64,000 nt of DNA from Takakia lepidozioides (Eukaryota; Plantae; Bryophyta). A model generated the notes under the pieces. It saw only the letters and a program-made list of their open reading frames with translations, was not told where the DNA came from and ran no database searches. Within the stretch, counting starts at the first letter, position 1, and each line of letters opens with the position of its first letter. The translations under genes and the position numbers were made by a program. Below are positions 54,101-64,000 of this stretch, piece by piece. The stretch covers positions 558,001 to 622,000 of the forward strand of contig CM060733.1 of the NCBI GenBank assembly GCA_030704615.1, written 5' to 3'.

Positions 54101-56386
54101 ATAGCTGATGCCCTGTTTGCCCAACCATTCAAACTCATCACATCTTCATTAGGGGTGTATAATGCATGAGATGAACAGGTCAGTACTACTGGGCCACTGT
54201 AAAATGCGATAACTAATGAGGAGGTAAGAAACTGACAGGGGGAGAAAGATAGTCAATCAGCTTCACGAGTCAATGTCGTACCAGCTTCACTTGAAGGAGC
54301 AACGTGGAAAGTATGAGTTCAATTAGCCAGGAGGAGGAGCACAAAGGAGGGAGAGGGGTAGGGTGGGATGAGAAAGCGGGAGTGGGAAGTTACGAACGGC
54401 AAAACACCAGCAAGATTGCCGGAAAGACCTGAGTATAGACCCTTGAACACTATCCCCCCACCAGACCGCGCTGCCTGTCCAACAATTGAACCAACAACCG
54501 AACAAGAAAACTGTGAAACCTACTCACCAAATACGATCCATGAGTGTCGCTCAGATTTTTTTTCCCACAGGGTAGAGTGGGGGTTACAAAAAGGGACCTC
54601 TCTCTTCCCCTCATCCTCCAGCCCTTGTCCAACCATAAGATACCTCAGCTTCATGATAAAGAGCTCTTGAGAATTCTCAAATGCCAAATTAACCCTATTT
54701 GTGAATGTGCAACCTAATACTGGAGCAGCCTTCTGGCATGGTACTGATAGTGGCCCCCATTTTGCTCTCCTCTCCCCCACCTCCATGGTTTCTGTCCTCC
54801 ATCAAATCGGTCACAGGTCCTACAGTCATAAGGCTACAATGAGAAAAGTTTCCTCAGTACATCTTACCTCCTTTTGCCGTCCTTGCTGCCAACTGAAAGA
54901 GATCAGGAAAAGTATAAATCACTTAAAAGAAAGGAAGCCAACCTGAAGGCGGGTCTTTATGGTGTCAATAGGGTACAGGGCTGTCTCCACAACTACACCT
55001 GCCGTGGCTCCAGCCACTGCTCCATCTGTTCCCACCAACCCCATGTGACAACCAGAGAACAAGAATTATCGACTCAATTTGTTTTGATGAAACCCATGGA
55101 ACAACAAAGGTTACAAGTATAGTATATCTACAAAAATGACAGCATGTCACTGCTTTGCAACAACATCCCATACCAGAGAGTGTGATTTTCGATGAAAATC
55201 AGCCACACCAGCAAAAAGAGAGGGGGCCATACAAAAGTACATAAATGATGGCCTGCCTTTGTACTGCTTGAACTAGCCATGGTACGAAACTCTCATGAAA
55301 TCTATATTAAATTTAGTGATGCTAGAGGAACACAATCGGCCAGCATGCCACCATAGCCGGCCTTCAATAACCACACTAGGCTGGCGCATCCCAGTTGGAA
55401 ACTGAGGAAACAAGGAGAAAGAGACATGACTTGCCAAGTAGAAGCTTCAAAAAATTGGTATGCTTTGGTGTTTCTAAAGAGGAGGCTGCCACAAGTTGCA
55501 CAGAACACCTTCTGTTGGCTCCAATTCCACGTCCTCTTCTTTGTCTTCCCCTTCTGATAGTGTCTGCATCATACACATGAGTCAATTCAAAGATGCAACT
55601 TGAATTCTCCGCCTGCTTAAGAACGGACACCGCCGGTGGTGACCGATGTTTTAACGCTAAGTCCAAAGAATTCACCAACATAGACAGTGGCAGAATATTA
55701 ATGTCTGGTTCTAAGATAATCCCCGAATTCCTCCGACCAATCAAAACGACGGACTTGGGAAACTTCATAGAGGCCGCTCCTAGGACAGCGCCGCCAAGAG
55801 GCAAACATAAGAACAAGAACTACAGAATTGTCTCCCGGCGATTGGCATTCTACGATGAGGTCAACTTCCAGGATTCAAGAGATAACAAAAGCTAGGGAAC
55901 ACCCATAAGAAAAATATTCATGAGTCTCAACATTCAAGCAGGTGAGCTTTGTGCCGGTGACATCAGAGTAGAATCGTGCAGAAGGAGTATACCTGAGACC
56001 GCATACACAGCCCCATAAGATGCGCCCTGCATTTCGATGACAAAACAGCGGAAAACTCAGGACATAGCTCAAAGTTGGTGGGAATGGTGCTCTGCTGCTC
56101 TGACAGAGACAAGACAGTCTGGTGGAATGTGAACAAGTACCTGTGTAATTTCCAAACCACAATCAACCACAGAAATACAAATCGACAGAAGAGGAGGAGG
56201 GCGGAGGGGCAGGCAGAGAAACATTACACACGAGGAATGTTATACCTGGTCAAGCTGATGGAATGCTCGATCACCGGCTGCGTCAGTACTCGGCGAGAAG
56301 AGCGCGGGCTGCAAGAAGGGGATATAGGCGTCGTCAGCGTCGGGAGGGGGCGCGCAGCGCCACAGCCTCAGCAGCGAGACCGCCAT
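51120..56386 (-). CDS. SAMC1: S-adenosylmethionine carrier (mitochondrial carrier family) with long N-terminal extension, multi-exon
   Basis: GVVVETALYPIDTIKTRLQ, GLYSGLSGNLAGVLP, GFGSFLLRDLPFDAIQFCIYEQL, QYRGIGDCVSKIIKEEG and GLGPRVIWIGIGGSIFF; stop at 51120. The 5' exons (56386-56246, 55819-55435) are less certain. Confidence 0.9.
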
Positions 56387-57199
56387 CGCTCCCTCGCAAC
56401 AGTACCGCAATGCTGGATGAGAGAGACAAAAGGACCAACCGCCCAGTCTACCTCTTCCTTCAGCACTTCGCCTTTCCCACTCTTTTCATGGGAATCTGTA
56501 GACTGGGTGCGTGTTTTGTACCCTAATAGGGTATTACATAGCGGATAAGCTGACAGTCAGTTCTCCACCTCTTATCTCGTGCCAGCTCACATTATAAGGC
56601 ACTCATACTATCACATTTACAGTCTACCCTCTATATGTGTTACACCTCGGGAGTAGAGAAAATGTAACACATATAGATATTTAACATCATAAGGCCCCCG
56701 CCGCACCTGGCTGCTAGCGTAAAACACTTGCTAACGGCTTAGCAGGCCCGTTTTCCTAACAGCTGCTCCAACTAAAATAATCTCTACCGCACCGAAAAGT
56801 TACCGTAACAAAGGTTAGCGCGAAGTTTTAGTTTTAAAGCATTGTTCGCTGCCCGTGCCCGTTTTCCCTCGCCACGTTTGCTCGCCGTTTCCCTTGGCTC
56901 TCCTCCTTCCTGTACGCCATAGCCGAAGGTCGTGGGTCATTTTGAAATGAAGGATGCTTAGTCTCTCTTTGAAAGATGAAGGTGTTGTCGTTGCTCAGTC
57001 TCTTTGAAAGTTTGGTGGGGTGCAGCAGCCAGCAGGCCGCCAAGAAAGAACACTGGTGAGCTACGAGACCCTGCAACAGTACAGACAGTGCATCTGTGGA
57101 ACTGTCAAATCAACTATGGTTTGTCATGGTCAGCTTTTTTTATTACCTTCTTCAGAACGAATGTTCTTTTGAATATGTGAGATAAAAGAGGTTTAATTG

Positions 57200-57614
57200 A
57201 TGGAGGAAAGCCACAATAGAGAACTGGTATTGCATGGGCTGATGGAGTCAATGTGGAGGAGGATGTGCAAGTTTCCTACAAGTGGCTGAGCCGAAAGTTC
57301 TCGGTTTCATCAAATGCAGCAAAGAGATAGCATTTTATCCATAACTTATTGGATGTCATATAAAAATCAATGCGGTTCTCAGGCAATTGTCGCTCATCCT
57401 AAAGAGGTGAATGGCTGCTAATCTTGTAGCTGAATGTTGTTTTTGTAGATCGTTGTCCGAGGTTGATGGCTGTATGGGTGGGATAGGGTTCTACAGGAGT
57501 TTGCGAAACAGAATGATGGAGAAAAAATAGAGGTTGTGTATGCAGTGTCAGGGTGGACCAAGAGCGAGCCCCGTAATTATTCAGTTCAACTGGTTCCCAA
57601 GGCCAAGCTGCAAG
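57200..57614 (+). CDS. POLD3: DNA polymerase delta subunit 3 (CDC27 family), first two exons only; damaged or interrupted
   Basis: VSYKWLSRKFSVSSNAAKR, then VLQEFAKQNDGEKIEVVYAVSGW. There is a frameshift near the start, the first donor reads AT, and no further exons occur before the TE block. Confidence 0.72.
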
Positions 57615-57723
57615 GTGCTAAGATGGTCTTTGTCTCTGAAAGTCCCTTGATCATCCTAGTGTGGTTGGATCTGCTACCTTATGAATGTCTGTATGTAGGT
57701 GGAGACTTTGCAACCCACGTTCT

Positions 57724-60072
57724 TTACTTTTGGTTGCACCACGGACTCCATCTCATTCTCATTCGGATTGCACCACGCCCCTTTACCTTCCCTTTCCCCT
57801 TGTCCTTTCTAGGCTTCACTAGCGTATTCTGTGCAATAGGCTCTTTCTCAACCAATACCCTCAAGTTTCTCTCGTGCAATTCCTTCTCCGTCAGAGGGGC
57901 CAAGGCCTTTGCATTCTCATTTTGATTTCGGGTCACAAGCTCAGACCAAGGGCATCCAGACCATGGGATATCCATATACCAGTAGCAGTCTCGAAGATGT
58001 GAGGTCCCGTAATCCTTCAAAATCCCTGCAGTGTACATTGTCTGAGCGTTGGATGGGTCACACCATAGGTCAATAAAGTGCGGGTGACGACTCAGGTTCT
58101 TGCCTGGAATGAGAACGTTCTTGATGTACCTACACAATCAAAACAGAGGAAATATTAGTAAGTAGGGAAAGCGTGAGAAAACGGTTTAAGGACCCCTTGA
58201 CTGTGTGCGCCAGCGCACTCAATTTTTGGTCTCTCCACCCAGGCCCTACTTAGAAGTCAGGGAAGGTGTGATTCAGTACATGATCGGATATTTGTATGTG
58301 GAATGAAAGGTTGGGAAACACAGAAGTGCCCACCCCTTTACTGAGTGCGTCAGTACACATAGTTTTGGGACTGTTTATTCAACAAGTCTGGGCTGCAACG
58401 ACATCGAAACTTCGTGAGACAGGAACAAAGGGCGGAAAAAGAGTGTCAAGATGAACCTGTATATAACCTTCTTCATGGCCTGTTCTGATCCATGCTGCTG
58501 CTTGAAGTCGTTAGTGCGCGAGATGCCTCCCTCTTTGGCGAACTCCCTGAAGAAGCAAGTGCCGAAGCAAGCTGCTTTCCACTGGCGGATATAGTCTTCT
58601 AGAGTATCTGTCGGTGGAGTCATAGTTATCTTGTAATCGTTCAGCTGCTTCTCCAGCACCAGCTGTGCCCGAGCCTCTATCTGCGCGAGATCAATTTTAC
58701 AATTCAGAGAACAATTTTTTAAGAACAGTAAGTGACTTTTCCCGGTGCAATGCAGTTTTGCAGTGGAAATGGAAAGGCGAGAGGAAAAAACATGTGCCCA
58801 GTATGTGGCTTTGTGCAGCCACATATCGAGAACATGGTCACCGAATTGCTTTATGACTCATGTTTCCTTGTTCTTCTCATTCTTCAGAAAGCAGTGGTTA
58901 TCTTTCACTGTCGGGTCGACGTTCCAAATCTCAAGCCATTTCACTTTCACCTCTGGCTCCACAACGGCAGTGGACATACGATGAAGCTTCTCCTGCATCA
59001 TTTCGGGCTTGGTGTTCATGTTCTAGTGGATCCTGACCTGATTCAAGAACTCTGGGCCAAAAGCAGGGTCGGCTATTCTGAGTTGTTTTACGAACACGCT
59101 CATGTAGTGCCTCTTCGCCACCTCCATCTCTTTGTTCATAGATTCTTCCACTCCTTTTGAGGATCGCTCCCCTGGGTCTTTTTTGGCATAGTACTCTACT
59201 TTCCCTTTCTCTCCAGCCTCCGCAATCTCGTGCTCAACATTCCAGTATACAACGTATTAGTCAACTGGTTTTTTAAAAGAACAAGTAGACAGAGCTAGGG
59301 AAAGAATACTTACAATGTACATGTAGTCACAGAAAGCCTCCCTGGTCAGCTTATCCCATGTGTTAGCAGATTTGGAGGTCTCGCACTTCTTGTAAGCCTC
59401 AGCACTGATAAGGTTTTTGAAGGTGACCAGTGGCATTTGGCCCACCTTCTGTATCATGAATAGAGTGTGGACCAAATTCGTTGTCACGTGTGCACTTTCC
59501 CCTGCAGTCCCACACAAACACTATGATTTCCTCTTTCACCAGGAAATACAAAACAGACAGAACAAATCGGAGAGTTCTGATGGCATGAAGGGTGAGCATT
59601 ATACTTACTTGTTGATGTCATGCATAGCCGTCAGAAGTGCTGTGACGTTTCCTTTCGGATCCAGCACCATGGACGCCACAAGGTAGTGCCAGTCCTCGCC
59701 TGTGCTATGATATTTGTTTATGACGTTCATCCAGGCCATGAAGCGGCGATTGCCATCCCAGATATGAAACATTTTCCCGGAGAACACCTGTGTAGACAGT
59801 CTCCTCGAAATCTGGGCTTCGAACTCCTCATTTACTTCTCGCCATATTGGATCCCAGCTTTTCACAATTGACTCGTCCACCAAGACCTCTTTTCCACTGG
59901 CATCGCACAAGGACACGTAAAACACGGGAGACCCCTCTATGTATCCGTGACTAAAATCTTGCTCCAACTTGGACACATCCCCAGTCAGGACAGGTCGAAC
60001 GATTGGCATTGATATTAGGCGGCAGAGAGGGATCATAATCTTGCCTCCAGGGACCTGCATAGACTTGATCCG
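57724..60072 (-). pseudogene. Intron-containing gene with an N-terminal ParB/Sulfiredoxin-like domain, 5'-truncated TE cargo
   Basis: Exon 60072-59609 reads IPLCRLISMPIVRP...LEQDFSHGY..GSPVFYV...FHIWDGNRRFMAW...AMHDIN (GxxRxxA at 59754-59734). Further exons at ~59510-59312, ~59250-58400 and ~58130-57724 have a damaged acceptor and stops. Confidence 0.65.
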
Positions 60073-61895
60073 AGGCAGAGCACATTTGAGCAAGAATACG
60101 ATTTGCAATGGGAGCTAACGTTCTTGCTCCAGCTCCAATCAGATCCCACCATTCATGTGGCAACATGTTCTTTGCTTTTGGATTCGGCATGTCATGGAAA
60201 AGATTCTGGCGATCCGAGAAGCACTGGTACTCGGACAAAGTTCGCTCTGCCATGTTCAAGGGCGCGAGTTGCATAATGACCCGTACAAGCCCGGTTTTGG
60301 CATCCACATCGTCTCTCAAATCCGTATTGTCCAGCAAGAATAGATTCAGTAAGGCCCCCGCATAATGCAAGTCTGTGCGAACCATCCGTTTGCGATCGTA
60401 AAATGCATCATTGGTCCTTGCCGCCAAATCATCGTCCATAGAAAATGGAGGACGCCTCAAGGATTGCACGTGCTTCTCAAGGTTTTCCAATATCAACCAT
60501 GCTTTACCCATTATTGGTTGTTTTCTATCAAACTCCCGCAAAGCAATCAACGTCGGCTCCACCATGTACACAAAATTTGCACATTTCACCCAGAAATCGT
60601 CGGAGCGAATGATTGTGCGGACCCTCCGACTTTTGCTCAAAGTCTTGGACTTACGAGAGTCGCGTAAGGTGCCCACATACGCATCCCATTGAGGGTCAAT
60701 GATCACCTGTTTCAGAACCGCCCTCACAGTCACTAGTCGATCCACCATCAAAAAGTTTGTGGCAAAGCGGGTTTCACCCGGGTTCCTAAGGTTGTATTTG
60801 GGTTCATACTTTCTAAACATGCCAGTGGGATGTGATGTGTACGAATGAACGTCACAACCGACTTTGCCTTTTTTACTAGTTTTTTCATCCATGATTCTTT
60901 TCCCCAATCCTCCAAAAGGAGATCAAAGATATGAGCAGCACACCCTTGGTAATATAGATGGAGATATCGTACCATCAAAATATCGGTCATATTAACCATG
61001 TTAGATGCATTGTCCGTGCACACTTCGACAATTTTATCAGCTCCAATTTTATTGATGAAACTCGTCAACAACCCTGCTTGATAACGTGCATATTTTCTCT
61101 CCCCGCTTGTGTCAACGGATCCCAAAAATTGTTCCCCCGTAGGACAGACCATCATGACATTGAACAGTGGTCGATTAGTAACAGAACTCCAACCGTCCAC
61201 ATATATAGTGCTTCCATATTTTCGGAAAGAATCACCTGTCTTTTCATTCACCTTTTGGGTGAGGTCAGACATAGCCTCTTCTAGCAATCATGTGCGGAGA
61301 TCGCGATAACTCGGAGGTGTGTTTATGGACTTGGAATCGGACGTGGCTTTGACAGCAGCCACAAACGCAGGAAGCCTCGAGACATTGAACGGAATATTGG
61401 CCTCGTAGAAAAATTGGGCCTACTTCTTATCCGGAGTCCTCCTGTGCGACAAATTTAAATCTTCTTGCATTGATTGTTGCCTCAATGGTCTGGTCCGTAC
61501 AAGTGTTGGCGTACAATCGGGTGTTGCTTCTGACCCACCGGCTTCTCCACGAATAACAGACGCCTCGCAAGAATCCCCCTGGGTACAACTCTGAGAGACA
61601 TTTTGATTCGAACCTGGAGTGTTTGGCTCAGAAGTCGCGGCCACATCAAGAGACGGTGTGATATTGCCTCCACATTGGGCAAAGTGGGCTTTCACTCACA
61701 TGGAGGCTTTTGGGCACAAACTAATCCCTGCATTCTTCCCATCTCTATAGCCGAGGTGATATAACATGCGATCTTTGCAACCTGCCAACTTCAATGCACA
61801 TAGATTGCATTGAACACCGTCCTTTTTGTGCGGGTCTACGGTGAACCAAGGATCCACTCCTCCCTCATCCTCACACCCAAAACCCTAACCACAGA
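60073..61895 (-). pseudogene. hAT transposase (BED finger, DUF659 core, partial dimerisation domain), 3'-truncated
   Basis: WF...QCNLC..KLAG.KDRMLYHL (BED), VDGWSS, CTDNASNM, GCAAHIFDLLLED, PGETRFAT and EWWDLIG...RILAQMCSAS. The sequence ends just before the catalytic CER motif. Confidence 0.9.
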
Positions 61896-62234
61896 CTTAA
61901 GGTTGAACGAAGAACACTAGTGTACTTGGTAGATTTGTCAAGAGCAATAGAAGTTAGAACAGAATGCGATGGCCCAACACTACGACATCAATCCAAGTGG
62001 ATCAATGCACCATGTAGTATTGTGCTTTTCGACAATTTGCTGCAGTGGCTCTGGTGGAAGCCACAACATCAAACGGTCCGCACCTTCCTCTTGGGCTTAC
62101 ACTCTTGCTTAAGGAGTAGAGAACATTCACTCGCCACAAAAGTGTTTGCCACAAAAGAAGTGAGGAGCATTGGGACCACCTTATATACCCTCCAGCCTCC
62201 AAGCCTCACACGCTTGACGAATCATAATCTAATG

Positions 62235-62735
62235 CTGCGACCGCTCCAGGTCGCACGAGGAAGTCGCAGGTTATTTTTAAAAAAAAACTGCTGCGACCAC
62301 CCTCATGCTGGTGGTCGCAGATATTAAAAAACAGAAAATTGCTGCGATCACCCCCCTGCTGGTGGTTGCACCTATTAAAAAAAGAAAAATGCTGCGACCA
62401 CCTCCATGCTCGTGGTCACAGAGATTATTATTATTATATTTAAAAAAAAATGTTGCGACCACTCTCCTGTTGGTGGTCGCACCTATTAAAAAAACAGAAA
62501 AATGTTGCGACCACCCCCCTGATGGTGGTCGCACCTATTACAAATTAAAAAAAAATTGTGCGACCACCAGTAGCGGTGGTCGCAACTGTAGAAAAGAAAA
62601 AAATGCGACCATCTCTGCTGGTGGTCACATCTATTTCTAAGAAATAAAAAATGCTGCGACAACCCCTCTGCTAGTGGTCGCAACTATTAAAAAATAAGAT
62701 AAATTCTGCGACCACCACCATTTGGAGGTCGCACC
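62235..62735. repeat. Array of ~10 palindromic ~51-bp units, same family as 6470-6940
   Basis: TGCGACCACC-N-GGTGGTCGCACC plus A-tract near 62292, 62343, 62393, 62454, 62506, 62559, 62604, 62655 and 62707. Confidence 0.95.
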
Positions 62736-62940
62736 AATTTAATAACAATGATTTAAAAATGACCTCAAATATTGGCGGATGGAGTAATTTATAAAACAAT
62801 TCATTCACTTGCCAAGGTGTCGCTCGGAATACAACGTGTTCATCTACGTGACATATTTTTCACCTAACTCATGTTTTACTGAATTTTCGGCAAAACTGAC
62901 GTGACGTTGGTCGCGTCAGCGTCAGGTCCGACGTGACGTG

Positions 62941-63480
62941 TATAACCCTGCAACTATCTTCATCATCACACAACAAAACACACCTACCACCTCCCACCCA
63001 CTTCTACGCCTCCCTGCTGGGGTCAAGCTATTAGCCACAATTGACCCAAACCAGCTTAAATATATCCATACCCCTCATTTTCCCAAATACCTTAGGCAAA
63101 AGGAACCCACCCTAACCCTCATCCTGCATGTCCAAAACCCCCACCACACTGCTATACCCACACATTTTTACCTCAAACTAGAACATCTACTTACCATTAC
63201 TCATAAAATAAAGTCCATCATCCACCACCCAACCTACCCATCATGGTACAAGTAAATCTACCCTCCTCCCCCGAATTAAAACAAATAAAGCCTGGACTGA
63301 GGCACTGCAGCGCCCTCCACAGGCCACACCAATAAATCCCCTCCCCCCAATTCCCTTATTATACCAGCAATCCTACCCCCTCAAATACCCTCCCGCAAAC
63401 TCTCATTACACAGATGGATCCCTTAGAGTTCAAACTAATGCACGCTATGGTATCTATCACGCAGGCACGAGAGATCACTA
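62941..63480 (+). mobile_element. Fragment of the Dualen-like LINE family (pre-RNase H region)
   Basis: HTPHFPKYLRQKEPTLTL and PLKYPPANSHYTDGS...YGIYH are homologous to the minus strand of 25400-25800. Confidence 0.75.
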
Positions 63481-64000
63481 CTACAGATTAACGTTTGTAT
63501 GACTACGGATGATATAAACCTTGGTAACCTTGACTGTATATGTGACTGCGAAGTGATGAAACCCATCGTTGGGTGCATTTTAATATATTTTAATCTAATG
63601 CAATCATACATTTTACTACATGACCAGGAGCCGTGGTCAAACACTGTTGACCAAGAACATAGACTTGGTTTATATAACTAGTAGTCATACGCAATGCTAC
63701 ACGTCAGACACGTGCCATATAAGCTTATGACTAAATGACTACACCACTACTACACATTGATGACATGCCATAGAAGCTTATGACTACACGACTACAGGAG
63801 GTTTCATAGCTTTGTTTATATGACTACATCACTACACGTGGCATCTTAAGGCATATACATGAATGGGATCATCCATTGGGTGACCTCATCCATCTATCTT
63901 TAACGAAGCACTTGTGTCACAAAGTGCAAAAAGTTAAAAAAAATCAAAAAGTTGCTTTAGGGTTGCCCACGTTCAACCGTGAACACAAAGGGCTGGGTTA

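Noticed and set aside
56632-56675. 13-bp-arm palindrome TATATGTGTTACA...TGTAACACATATA
   Set aside because: It is short and AT-rich with no TSD, and no function can be supported.
63677-64000. Helitron 3' end (A|CTAG) with TGACTAC repeats
   Set aside because: The subterminal hairpin is weak and the element runs off the window, so evidence is insufficient.

Overview
Eukaryotic plant nuclear DNA, probably an early-diverging land plant such as a hornwort or other bryophyte. This is inferred from compact GT-AG intron genes with plant homologues. Frequent 1-nt indels in homopolymers suggest an imperfectly polished long-read assembly. Positions 1-28 kb are a nest of mobile DNA: a Helitron-like element with tandem arrays and a protein-kinase cargo, a CACTA terminus, a P-element-like transposase split by an 8.5-kb MULE-like element (9-bp TSD, GCM-like and SWIM remnants, 5-kb palindromic 115-bp array), and tail-to-tail RLE/RNase H/chromodomain (Dualen-like) LINE fragments. 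Positions 29.5-57.6 kb are a host gene island: YCF37-like thylakoid protein, a phytoglobin with an extra transit-peptide-like first exon, a near-complete APE-RT LINE in a (CT)n tract, SICKLE, 3-hydroxybutyryl-CoA dehydrogenase, S-adenosylmethionine carrier and the 5' part of POLD3. Positions 57.7-64 kb hold a second composite element carrying a ParB/Srx-like gene fused to a truncated hAT transposase, with the same 51-bp palindrome array as the kinase element. The best novelty candidates are the putatively organelle-targeted hemoglobin, the TE-borne ParB-like gene with palindromic arrays, and the plant P-element-like transposase.
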